Of a stretch of 64,000 nt of DNA, positions 48,729 through 57,880 are shown in pieces (within the stretch, counting starts at the first letter, position 1; every line of letters begins with the position of its first letter). The stretch covers positions 1 to 64,000 of the forward strand of contig DXJO01000007.1 in NCBI GenBank assembly GCA_019057475.1. The letters are read 5' to 3'. The notes beneath the pieces were generated by a model. The model was not told the DNA's origin. It did not search any database and saw only the letters and a program-made list of their open reading frames with translations. The position numbers were made by a program, and so were the translations under genes. This DNA is from Candidatus Thorarchaeota archaeon (GTDB taxonomy: Archaea > Asgardarchaeota > Thorarchaeia > Thorarchaeales > Thorarchaeaceae).

Positions 48729-48751
48729 GTCTATATAAAGGTTTTCTCTCC
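48729..48751 (-). promoter_or_regulatory. archaeal BRE plus TATA promoter for peptide B and the MFS genes
   Basis: Minus strand GGAGAGAAAACCTTTATATAGAC (purine-rich BRE, then TTTATATA). Confidence 0.65.
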
Positions 48752-48820
48752 AAACCATATCCTGTGTAATCGTCTGGAGTTAAAACCCAATCATTCACTT
48801 ATCAGACACCTCTACACAAT

Positions 48821-48928
48821 CTACCTTCGGTAGGTGAATGCAAAGCTGATTGCTTCAGTTGACTGGATCTTCACGATATTCTTGTTCTTGAGCGCTGACG
48901 AGTTCCGGTTGTTAGTTGCTAGAGCCAT
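48821..48928 (-). CDS. 35-aa small peptide (paralog A)
   Basis: MALATNNRNSSALKNKNIVKIQSTEAISFAFTYRR*; TATA-like TTATATAC ~30 nt upstream (48959-48966); paralog of 48568-48669. Confidence 0.8.
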   Translation of the reverse strand: MALATNNRNSSALKNKNIVKIQSTEAISFAFTYRR

Positions 48929-49216
48929 TATATCTCACAAGATATCCTCTCAGAATCAGTATATAATGCGAAGCCACAATTCAGGGTCACAGAAAGTGGT
49001 CACATCTTGTGACTATGTAAAGGGAGTCTGACAGTCAAACATATATCTGAACGAGTGATTGATGAATCAGAGGATGAGGGTACAAAGAGCACGCTCTCCT
49101 CTCACTCAGAAGACCCACACTGTTTGGGTTCCTTCTGGCATAAGTCACTTCTCATCCTAGTGAAGGATTACTTCCAATACAGGTCAATGGTATTCCTGTG
49201 CTGACAGTACCTGCAC

Positions 49217-49770
49217 TTGAGTGGTTCTCCCGCCTTCAGCTTGGTGACCTCAATGAGGGTCAGAAACCGACCAAGTGATGATGCAAAGATGTTGATCCCA
49301 ATGCTCGAAGGGATGTGGGCAGATGAGCTTGAGGTGGTCTATGGTGACAAGGCGTACCTGTCGAAGATCAATGTGACCTACATTCACAGTCTGAGTGCAA
49401 AAGCTGTGATTGAACCGAAGAGGGGATTGACTGGGAAGGCTCATGGACACGGGGAGTACGCAAGGCTGGTGAAGGAGTATCCTGGAAATCCCGAGGATGG
49501 AAGGAGAAATACGAGTACGGGAAGAGGAGTCTGGTGGAGAGTGTGTTTGGAGCCGTGAAGGTGAAGTTCGGAGGGATATTGAGGTCAAGGTGATACAACA
49601 GGAGTCTTGTGGAAACCGTGTTCAGCATGATGAAGCTGAGATTCGGGGGAGGACTGAGTTCGAGAAGGTACAGAGAGCAGAGGAGAGAGTTACTCATCAT
49701 AGTGATCCTACATAATATCGGGAGGGTGAACTTCTTGGAGTATGCCGGGAGGTGATTTATTGGACAGAGC
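49217..49770 (+). mobile_element. degraded, 5'-truncated IS5-family (IS903-like) transposase remnant with right terminal repeat
   Basis: DDE motifs D....IPML, YGDKAY, then frameshifted Y..RSLVE.VF...K..FG. The right end reads GCTCTGTCCAATAAATC on the reverse complement (49754-49770), resembling the IS903 repeat as recalled (GGCTTTGTTGAATAAATC). Confidence 0.85.
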
Positions 49771-49810
49771 TTAAGAAAAGAAGGTTTTAAATAAAACAAT
49801 GATGAGTTAG

Positions 49811-49840
49811 ATAATTGCAATTATTTTTTGTAATTGCAAC
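49811..49840. promoter_or_regulatory. candidate operator palindrome
   Basis: Perfect 14-bp palindrome ATAATTGCAATTAT (49811-49824) plus a second partial copy TAATTGCAA, located between a TATA-like TTTAAATA and the ATG at 49860. Confidence 0.5.
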
Positions 49841-49859
49841 GAAGTATAATGTGAGAGAA

Positions 49860-50474
49860 ATGAAAGCAAAATTCAAATCCAAATATAAATCTGCAATCTC
49901 TCTAGCGATGTTTTTGGTTTTAGTAAACACCATGGTAATTGCTGCACCCGTGAAAGCCGCTGATCCCAGTCGCATCTTAATGATTGATATCATGGCGATA
50001 GGAGACGATTTTGATGTTCCTGGAGCTAGAAGCTCTATCATAGGTAGGATTGAATACAATAAAGTCACCGGTGAATGTCAGGGACAGGTAGAATTTCATT
50101 TAAAACTCTATGATGAATCAGGTGAGAAAGTTTATTCGATGAAGGGAAAGCTCAAAGACGCGGCAGTTATGGAAATTCCCGCCTATTATTGCAATGTACG
50201 GGACGTCACGTGGACTAACTTATGGCTTGTCATAGGCGAGGGAAAAATTAAAACTACTGATACAGATATCGAGATAGAATATCGAGGGAATCTAATAACC
50301 TTGCCTAATACCGGAGGTCAGTATATCACAATAAACCTCGCTATGCTTGTAAGCCCTAATGGTGAATATATTGGGGGAGTTTGGGAACAAGGAGGATGGG
50401 CTGCTGCAGGAATGTTGGGAGTATTCGGTGCGGGAACCTATTTGACAAAATATATGGAAAAATTGGTCCCATAA
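49860..50474 (+). CDS. secreted hypothetical protein
   Basis: Signal peptide MKAKFKSKYKSAISLAMFLVLVNTMVIAAPVKA; beta-rich mature part; AT-rich. Confidence 0.75.
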   Translation: MKAKFKSKYKSAISLAMFLVLVNTMVIAAPVKAADPSRILMIDIMAIGDDFDVPGARSSIIGRIEYNKVTGECQGQVEFHLKLYDESGEKVYSMKGKLKDAAVMEIPAYYCNVRDVTWTNLWLVIGEGKIKTTDTDIEIEYRGNLITLPNTGGQYITINLAMLVSPNGEYIGGVWEQGGWAAAGMLGVFGAGTYLTKYMEKLVP

Positions 50475-50887
50475 CACCACATCAAGCACGAATGTGCCTG
50501 AAATAAGAATGAGGATTCTTCTCACAAATGAGCCGCGCTATTGGGAAACGCCGGTGAAACCCCCGAAGACAAAAGGTCGTGAGTTTCGGGTTCACAGGGG
50601 TAGGAAACTCTCAAGTAGAATGGACTGGCAGCCAGACACAGCGAAGAGTACCAAGAAAGGAAGAGAGAAGCCAATAAGGCTCAAGAAGGATTATCCTATA
50701 ATCTGGCGTCGATATCAGACCATACAAGGCTCCAAGAACAACGAGCTTTGGTATTTGATGATGAAGGTCTCATGATGCACCTCGCCGCACTTGCACTATT
50801 AGATTGTGACCACAAGATGTGCTTGAAAACGGTTCAATCTCATTTTGTTCACTGGTACTGTAGGTTGACGGATCAGCCAACTAGGAA

Positions 50888-51232
50888 TTGTGGGGGAAAC
50901 ATCACAAAGTACTGCACCACCACAGACAGCAGGATGCCACTCAACACGAGCCCCTTTCCCTTCCCAGTGTTGATGTCAGTGAACCAGAGGATTGCTTCCA
51001 CAAGGACCACGATCACCCCACAGATGGAATGTTCGAGGACACAGATGGCTCCCCAACGGGGTTAGACGATTGGCCTATCGAATGGGTTGACGTGGAAGAA
51101 GAGAAGCACATGCGAGATATGAGATCATGGACCTGTCCCAAATGTTGGGCATCCCTCCTGCCTGACCTTGTTGAATCCATTTTGGCGGGTAGAACTGGGT
51201 CCTGTCCATTCTGTGGCACCACCCTTGGTTGA
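50888..51232 (+). CDS. hypothetical zinc-ribbon protein (start uncertain)
   Basis: C-terminal WTCPKC...CPFCG with an acidic region before it. Confidence 0.5.
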   Translation: MWGKHHKVLHHHRQQDATQHEPLSLPSVDVSEPEDCFHKDHDHPTDGMFEDTDGSPTGLDDWPIEWVDVEEEKHMRDMRSWTCPKCWASLLPDLVESILAGRTGSCPFCGTTLG

Positions 51233-51513
51233 GCAATGCATAGATTGCTATTAGATTAAGGCCACGCTGAAAAAGGGAACCGTTTATGTTTACTGGGTCA
51301 AGAAGTAGTTCTCCTACACTACAACGTCACATGTGAGTGAAGGCTGGGTGAAAAAATAAATCGCAAGAGTATTAGACCAAGAGACCCTTGACAACAAATA
51401 CTGACTCTCTGGGCCAGTGTTTCAGTGACACACGAAGTTCTCCATGAACAAACATATTACAGACCATCTTGCGAACCAATGACATACAAACCATCAACGA
51501 GAGGTTGTTAACG

Positions 51514-52395
51514 ATGGAGATAAAGAAGATAGCAGTTCTCGGAGCGGGTCAGATGGGCAACGGCATAGCCCAAGTCTGCGCACAGGCCGGCTACGAAGTC
51601 ACTATGCGAGACATCGCACAGAAGTTCTTGGATGGTGGCATGGCCACAATAAAGAAGAACCTAGAGAGAGGTCTCAAGAAGGGGAAAATCACTCAGGAAG
51701 AGGTTGACGCGGTTCTTGGCAGAATTAAACCAGTTCTTGAGATGAAGGATGCTGTGAAGGACGCGGACCTCATCATTGAGGCCATTCCAGAGATTGTGAA
51801 GCTTAAGCTCGATACTTGGAAGGAGGTCGACGAACTGGCTCCCAAAGAGGCGTACTTGGCATCCAACACGTCGAGCATCAGCATCACACAGATGGCTGCT
51901 GCAACAAAGAGGCCTGAGAAGTTCGTGGGTTGTCATTTCTTCAACCCAGTTCCAGTGATGGGTCTCATAGAGATCATCAAAGGCGCCGCAACGAATGACG
52001 AATCTGTCGAGGTCATAAAGCGGCTTGCCAAGAAGCTGAACAAGCAGACTGTGATTGTCAATGAAGCACCCGGCTTTGCAGTAAACCGCCTGCTAGTCCC
52101 AGCAATCAATGAAGCGATATTCGCAATCCAAGAGGGAGTCACCACGGTTGAGGACATGGACCTCTCAATCAAGCTTGGGCTGAACTGGCCGATGGGTCCG
52201 CTCACCTTGGCAGACTTCGTAGGTCTGGACACTCTGCTGTACATAAGCGACTACTTCGTCGACGAATTCAAGGACAGCAAGTACAGAGCACCGGCTCTAC
52301 TGAGGAAGATGGTGCGCGCAGGATGGATGGGACGAAAGACCCGGAAGGGCTTCTACGATTATTCCGGTGAAAAGCCCGTACCTCAGCGTTTCTAG
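51514..52395 (+). CDS. hbd: 3-hydroxybutyryl-CoA / 3-hydroxyacyl-CoA dehydrogenase
   Basis: VLGAGQMGNGIAQ, IEAIPE, ASNTSS, HFFNPVPVM, PGF..NR, PMGPL.LAD.VGLD, G.KT.KGFYDY. Confidence 0.95.
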   Translation: MEIKKIAVLGAGQMGNGIAQVCAQAGYEVTMRDIAQKFLDGGMATIKKNLERGLKKGKITQEEVDAVLGRIKPVLEMKDAVKDADLIIEAIPEIVKLKLDTWKEVDELAPKEAYLASNTSSISITQMAAATKRPEKFVGCHFFNPVPVMGLIEIIKGAATNDESVEVIKRLAKKLNKQTVIVNEAPGFAVNRLLVPAINEAIFAIQEGVTTVEDMDLSIKLGLNWPMGPLTLADFVGLDTLLYISDYFVDEFKDSKYRAPALLRKMVRAGWMGRKTRKGFYDYSGEKPVPQRF

Positions 52396-52403
52396 TTCAG
52401 GTC

Positions 52404-52457
52404 GAGGGTTGTGTGGACACCTGCAGGAAACCACAACACCCTCCCTTACTCTTTTTC
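52404..52457 (+). terminator. hairpin plus pyrimidine tract after hbd
   Basis: Imperfect stem GAGGGTTGTGTGG...CCACAACACCCTC followed by CTCTTTTTC. Confidence 0.5.
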
Positions 52458-52508
52458 TTCGTCAAGATTAATTAGTGCAGTTCAACAGAATCATTGATAG
52501 TGCCCAGG

Positions 52509-53351
52509 ATGAAGCATGAAGAGAGTGAGTACATCGGATATGATGGAACCAGAATGTTCATGCATGTCTGGCTCCCCAGTCGCGAGAGACCTCGTGCTCT
52601 GCTAGTCGCAATACACGGACTAGGCAGCCACGGAGGAGGCTTGCAGGGCATTGGTGAGTATTTCGCAGAGAAAGGTTTGGCCGTCTTCGCGCCGGACATG
52701 AGGGGCTTCGGTCACTATTCCGGTTTGAAAGGCCATGTCATGAACTTCGATGAGTTTACCGAAGACCTGCAGAACATCATCATGCAAGTCAAAGACCGTT
52801 TCCTCAACACGCTCACATTCCTCTATGGAATATCATTGGGCGGCCTCCATGTGATAAGATACGTAGCGAGATATCCAAAAATGGTCGATGGATTGATGCT
52901 CACTTGCCCTGCAGTGTCTGAAACCCTAGATATTCCACTGGGCACGAGGATACTTGCTGAGCTGCTGTCTGTGCTGAATGTGAAGAAGTACTTCTCAAAC
53001 CTTGGCAGTCACGAAGATGGCACGCGTTCTCCCGAAGTGGTAAAAAGGCATGAAGAGGATCCTCTACGATTCGAATCTGTTACACCCCGATTCGGCATCT
53101 CCGGCCTAAAGGCCTCCAAGGATGCATTCCATGCTGCACCACAAATTACGTTGCCAATTCTTGTTCAACAAGCAGGCGATGACAAGCTAGTGTCACCGGA
53201 GAAGAGCAAGACATTCTTTGACAATCTCAAGTCCGAGGACAAGACCTGGCGACTCTACGAAGGCCTCTATCACGAACTTCCCGAAGAGCCGGAGAAGGCC
53301 ATGGTTCTAGGAGACATGAACGCTTGGCTTGAGAAGAGGCTGCCTAGATAG
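52509..53351 (+). CDS. alpha/beta hydrolase, lysophospholipase/monoacylglycerol lipase family
   Basis: IHGLGSH, D.RGFG, GISLGG nucleophile elbow, D.LV, GLYHE. Confidence 0.9.
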   Translation: MKHEESEYIGYDGTRMFMHVWLPSRERPRALLVAIHGLGSHGGGLQGIGEYFAEKGLAVFAPDMRGFGHYSGLKGHVMNFDEFTEDLQNIIMQVKDRFLNTLTFLYGISLGGLHVIRYVARYPKMVDGLMLTCPAVSETLDIPLGTRILAELLSVLNVKKYFSNLGSHEDGTRSPEVVKRHEEDPLRFESVTPRFGISGLKASKDAFHAAPQITLPILVQQAGDDKLVSPEKSKTFFDNLKSEDKTWRLYEGLYHELPEEPEKAMVLGDMNAWLEKRLPR

Positions 53352-53413
53352 GAGTTGCACTGAGTCCACAAGACAAATAGCGGGGGAAGCACTCTACCAG
53401 AGGGGTGGTCACA

Positions 53414-54253
53414 ATGAAGACTGAAGAGAGTGAATATATTGGATATGATGGAACAAAGATGTTCCTTCGCGCCTGGCTTCCTGACGCTGAACCGCGTGCG
53501 CTTGTGATAGGGATTCATGGACTCGGATCACACAGCGGCCTGATGTCGTTCCACGGTGAGAATTTCGCGGCGAAGGGTATGGCATTCTTCGCACCGGACC
53601 TGCGGGGTTTTGGCAACAATCCGGGTTTGAAGGGGCATGTCGAGAAATTCGATGATTACATAGAAGACATGAACAGCCTAGTTACACAGCTCAAGGACAG
53701 AATGTCGGACAAACCTACTTACATGTTTGGCCATTCTCTTGGGGGTTTGCATGTCATCAGATACGCCGCCACATATCCGGATGAGCTTGATGGGATTATT
53801 ATTCCGTGTCCTGCTGTTTCCGAGAGGTTAGAGATAAGTGCGGGGCTTAGGATCATGGCAAATCTTCTCTCCAAACTCAATATCAAGAAGACCTTCAACA
53901 ACGGTCTCAATTTCAATCTGCTTTCACGAAACCCAGAGGTTGTTAGGCGAAATCGGGAAGACCCGCTTAGAGTGGACGATGTGACTCCGCGCTTCGCCAC
54001 TGAGGGACTAGCAGCTCGCGTGGAAGGAGCCAAACTGGGTCCGAAGATCACACTGCCGGTTTTAGAGCAACAAGCAGGGGATGACCTCATACTTATTCCG
54101 GAGGAGAACAAGGCGTTCTTCGACACAATAGCCTCCTCTGACAAGACATTCAGGCTCTATCCGGGTTTCTACCATGACCCCTTCGAGGAACCAGGCGGGG
54201 AAGAGCTCGTTGCAGACATGTTCTCCTGGCTTGAAGAGAGGCTGCCGTCGTAG
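53414..54253 (+). CDS. alpha/beta hydrolase, lysophospholipase family (tandem paralog)
   Basis: IHGLGSH, DLRGFG, GHSLGG, GFYHD; N-terminus EESEYIGYDGT shared with the upstream copy. Confidence 0.9.
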   Translation: MKTEESEYIGYDGTKMFLRAWLPDAEPRALVIGIHGLGSHSGLMSFHGENFAAKGMAFFAPDLRGFGNNPGLKGHVEKFDDYIEDMNSLVTQLKDRMSDKPTYMFGHSLGGLHVIRYAATYPDELDGIIIPCPAVSERLEISAGLRIMANLLSKLNIKKTFNNGLNFNLLSRNPEVVRRNREDPLRVDDVTPRFATEGLAARVEGAKLGPKITLPVLEQQAGDDLILIPEENKAFFDTIASSDKTFRLYPGFYHDPFEEPGGEELVADMFSWLEERLPS

Positions 54254-54262
54254 CCCGTCAAG

Positions 54263-57097
54263 CTATGTGATAGTTTCGGCAGCAGCTGCAAGTTTCTCTT
54301 CCTTGTGGTGACCAAACAGAATGTGAGGCGGTATCAAAAGCGCCGGTATGCATGCAAGAATAATCACTACCCAGTCCAGCGGATTTAGCGGAACACACTG
54401 GAACAAGACCGCCACAAATGGCACGTAAATGGTAACCAGAGTCAATACAAATGAGAACATAACCGCAATCATCAGCGCCTTCGATCCGGTGATGTGGGTC
54501 TTCCAGACAGGATGGTACTCATCCCGACAGTTCCATACGAAAAGCAGTTCAAAGAAGACAACACTTGCGAAAACTGTTGTACGTGCATGCGTTAACACAT
54601 AATCCCAAGTCAAACCAGTAACACTTGACACATCTGTAGCCCAGTTCACCACGGGTCCAGTAAGACCAGGAATCCAACCACCGTAGACAGTCAGAGACCA
54701 GAAGAATGCCGTAGCTGAAGCTAGGAATGCCACAAATCCAGCCACAAGGATGAAAGACATCATGCCTCGGTCCATCATCTTTTTGCCAGGTTTCCTTGGA
54801 GGCCGATTCATCACGCCCGTCTCAGGAGGGTCGACCCCCAGAGCCAGAGCAGGAAATCCGTCAGTGGCAAGATTCAACCAGAGTATCTGAATTGCAGTGA
54901 TTGGCAAGGGCAGACCAATCATTATTATTGTGAAGATGAGGAACACCTCGTCGAAGTTGGCCGCCAGCAAAAAGCGGACGAATTTGCGGATGTTGGAATA
55001 GATCTCCCTACCCTTCTCAACAGCTGAAACAATAGTTGCGAAATTGTCGTCAACCAGTATAACGTCAGAGGCTTCCTTCGTTACATCAGCTCCCCGTATT
55101 CCCATCGCGATTCCTACATCTGCGGCCTTTACGGCAGGAGCGTCATTGACACCGTCCCCAGTCATGGCAACGACTTGATTATGACCTTTGAGCGCCTCGA
55201 CGATACGTAGTTTGTGTTCGGGAGCTACTCTTGCATAGACGCTGCATGTATCAACAATGGCGTTAAACTCCTCGTCAGTCATATCATCAATCATGGCCCC
55301 GGTGATGACTTGACCATCACGTTCAATGAGACCGACTTCATGGGCAATGGCCCGTGCCGTGAGTTCGTGGTCGCCCGTTATCATGATTGGACGAATTCCC
55401 GCCTTTGCGCATGTAGCCATCGCTTCAAGAACCTCATCGCGCGGTGGGTCAATCATTCCCTGAAGCCCAACAAATACAAGGTCCTTCTCTACCTCCTCGG
55501 GTTCCCAATCGGGAATTTCGTGATCGAGGTCCCTGTAGGCGAAAGCTAAAATCCGGAGGGCCTTCGCAGCGAAACTGGCGACTGCTTCGAGGATGCTCTC
55601 GCGCTCATTCTCCTCCAATGGTCTAACAGTGCCATTCTCGTAGATGCGACTACAGAGGGACAAGAGGACCTCTGGAGCACCCTTGGAAAACGCCGTTAGG
55701 CTTTCTTCGGGACCCTTGCAGATGGATGTCATCCTCTTCCTGGCTGAGTCGAAAGAAATCTCTGTTATCTCCGTATACGTATTCCACGTTTGATCGTATG
55801 GTACACCAGCCTTCTCCGCCACCACCAATAGAGATCCCTCGGTCGGATCGCCTACAATGGTCCAATCACCTGCGCCCGACAGATCTTTCTGAAGCAAGGC
55901 GTTGCTGCAGAGCTGACCTATCTCGATTAGCTTGATGACGTGAGGGTCTTGATGAACGTCAAACTCCTTGTCTTCTTGGAAGAACTGCCCTTCCTTGTTA
56001 TACCCGACGCCTGTAACGTCGATAGTCATCCCATTGCTGAAGAAATTCGTCACTGTCATTTCATTCTTGGTGATGGTCCCTGTCTTATCAGAAGCAATGA
56101 CAGTTGTAGAGCCTAGGGTTTCGACAGACGGGAGTCTACGGACAATTGCATTTCTCTGAACCATTCGCTGAACTCCGATGGCAAGCGTTATGGTAACAAC
56201 CGCAGGGAGCCCCTCGGGGATGGCCGAGACTGCAAGGGCGATTGCCGTCAGAAGCTCCTCCATCAGCCCGCCTACATTGCGAAGTATCTCTGCAGCGAAA
56301 ACGATAACAACTAGTATGATCACAATGATTCCCAGCTTCTTCCCCAGGTCTTCAAGGTCATACTGGAGAGGAGTCATGTCCTTCTCGCTCTCTTGAACCA
56401 TCTCGGCGATTTTGCCAAACTCAGTATTCATTCCAGTTGCTGTGACAACAGCTCGGCCCTTGCCGGACACGATGGTAGTGCCAGAGAATACCATGTTGGT
56501 CATGTCAGCTATTATCGGGTTGTGAAGATGAATTGGGTCGTCAATCTTACGTACTGCCATCGATTCACCGGTGAGAACTGCTTCGTCTACGCCGAATCCA
56601 ACAGCATAGACGACCCTGCCATCCGCAGGAACGCGGGCTCCTGACTCAAGCGCTACTACATCACCCGGGACCAATTCTTTCGAGTCGATCTCTATCCACA
56701 GGCCATCTCTCATGACAAGGGCTCGCGGTGCAGCCATCTCTTTGAGAGCCTCAAGCGCCTGCTCCGACTTATACTCCTGGACAAAACCAAATACTGAATT
56801 GAAGACGACAATCGCAGAGATCACGATTGCGTCAATGAGCCCATGACCCCCATCATCGCCGAACATTGATGCGAAAACGGAGATGACTATGGCAACTAGA
56901 AGGATAATGACCATGGGGTCAGTGAACTGTCGCAGGAACATTCGGAGGGGGCTGATTCGGCCAATGGCGATTAGCTCATTGTACCCATGGGTCTCAAGAC
57001 GTGTCTGCGCCTCGGAACTGGAGATTCCGTCCATCGTGGTGTCAAGATGTTTAATTGCGTACTCGACGTCGTTGCTGTGCCACTCATGTTCGGACAT
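54263..57097 (-). CDS. P-type cation-transporting ATPase, P2A (Ca2+) type
   Basis: TGES, IPEGLP, DKTGT, KGAPE, DPPR, TGDGVNDAP, WLNLATDGFPALALG. Confidence 0.93.
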   Translation of the reverse strand: MSEHEWHSNDVEYAIKHLDTTMDGISSSEAQTRLETHGYNELIAIGRISPLRMFLRQFTDPMVIILLVAIVISVFASMFGDDGGHGLIDAIVISAIVVFNSVFGFVQEYKSEQALEALKEMAAPRALVMRDGLWIEIDSKELVPGDVVALESGARVPADGRVVYAVGFGVDEAVLTGESMAVRKIDDPIHLHNPIIADMTNMVFSGTTIVSGKGRAVVTATGMNTEFGKIAEMVQESEKDMTPLQYDLEDLGKKLGIIVIILVVIVFAAEILRNVGGLMEELLTAIALAVSAIPEGLPAVVTITLAIGVQRMVQRNAIVRRLPSVETLGSTTVIASDKTGTITKNEMTVTNFFSNGMTIDVTGVGYNKEGQFFQEDKEFDVHQDPHVIKLIEIGQLCSNALLQKDLSGAGDWTIVGDPTEGSLLVVAEKAGVPYDQTWNTYTEITEISFDSARKRMTSICKGPEESLTAFSKGAPEVLLSLCSRIYENGTVRPLEENERESILEAVASFAAKALRILAFAYRDLDHEIPDWEPEEVEKDLVFVGLQGMIDPPRDEVLEAMATCAKAGIRPIMITGDHELTARAIAHEVGLIERDGQVITGAMIDDMTDEEFNAIVDTCSVYARVAPEHKLRIVEALKGHNQVVAMTGDGVNDAPAVKAADVGIAMGIRGADVTKEASDVILVDDNFATIVSAVEKGREIYSNIRKFVRFLLAANFDEVFLIFTIIMIGLPLPITAIQILWLNLATDGFPALALGVDPPETGVMNRPPRKPGKKMMDRGMMSFILVAGFVAFLASATAFFWSLTVYGGWIPGLTGPVVNWATDVSSVTGLTWDYVLTHARTTVFASVVFFELLFVWNCRDEYHPVWKTHITGSKALMIAVMFSFVLTLVTIYVPFVAVLFQCVPLNPLDWVVIILACIPALLIPPHILFGHHKEEKLAAAAETIT

Positions 57098-57273
57098 GCT
57101 ATGCGCTCCGAGGTCTAGTCAGATTGCAGACCTTTGCTAGGTGAGGTGCGGCAAATATTCGATAGAAATACCTTTCGGCATAGACTGGCCCCTTCAATCC
57201 ATTCCTCTGACGAAAGGATTAAGAGATTGCCAGAACACGCAGCCGACCGGTTCCAGAAGAAAGGTGACTAGAT

Positions 57274-57870
57274 ATGAGTGAGAAGTCCAAGTTCAGCTTC
57301 AAGTGCCTTGAACAGAAATGCGACACAAAGGCATGCCACATTCGAGCGCGCATCAATGTCACCATGGGTGATATCGCAAGATGGACAAGCCAGAACTACC
57401 TTTCTCAGATCATACCTGGTATAACTCTGAGCATGCCATCCAATGAAAACGAACCTCTTGCTCTTACTACTCTTCGGAAGCCCTTGGAGAGCGACCCAGA
57501 GCAGACTGCATGCATCTTCTACCATGAGGAGTCAAACGGGTGCACAATAAGGTATTCGCGACCAATCTCCTGCAGAGCATTCCCACTTGAATACAACGGC
57601 GAGAAGTACTTCTTGAGCGATAAGAACTGTCCCGGTGTTGGGGAAGGAGAAGTCAACAAGGACGCCTTGAAGGAGGTAAGAGACCTTGCCGAACAAGAGT
57701 ACAGGGAGAAAATCGAAACGCTAGCGGCCTTGCCAGGCGTCTACTCCATCTTTATGGGAATGATGATAAGACAGTCCGCAGAGGCAATGAAGGACTTGTC
57801 AGAAGACGATAAGAAGCACATTGAAGACATCATGTCCAAACCATCGGAAGATGAGAAGCATGACGAATGA
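57274..57870 (+). CDS. YkgJ/CxxCxxCC-family cysteine cluster protein
   Basis: F.F.C....C....C, CIFY.....CTI...RP.SCRAFP, CPGVG. Confidence 0.85.
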   Translation: MSEKSKFSFKCLEQKCDTKACHIRARINVTMGDIARWTSQNYLSQIIPGITLSMPSNENEPLALTTLRKPLESDPEQTACIFYHEESNGCTIRYSRPISCRAFPLEYNGEKYFLSDKNCPGVGEGEVNKDALKEVRDLAEQEYREKIETLAALPGVYSIFMGMMIRQSAEAMKDLSEDDKKHIEDIMSKPSEDEKHDE

Positions 57871-57880
57871 CCATTCAGAT

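Noticed and set aside
48834-49031. 65-aa plus-strand ORF in the track
   Set aside because: It is antisense to peptide A, whose minus-strand frame is the one supported by paralog codon conservation
50494-51065. Overlapping plus-strand ORFs of 93 and 105 aa, considered as a frameshifted gene or UGA (Sec) readthrough
   Set aside because: Reading through the TGA at 50773-50775 hits TAG within ~9 codons; no family motif or SECIS-like element was recognised
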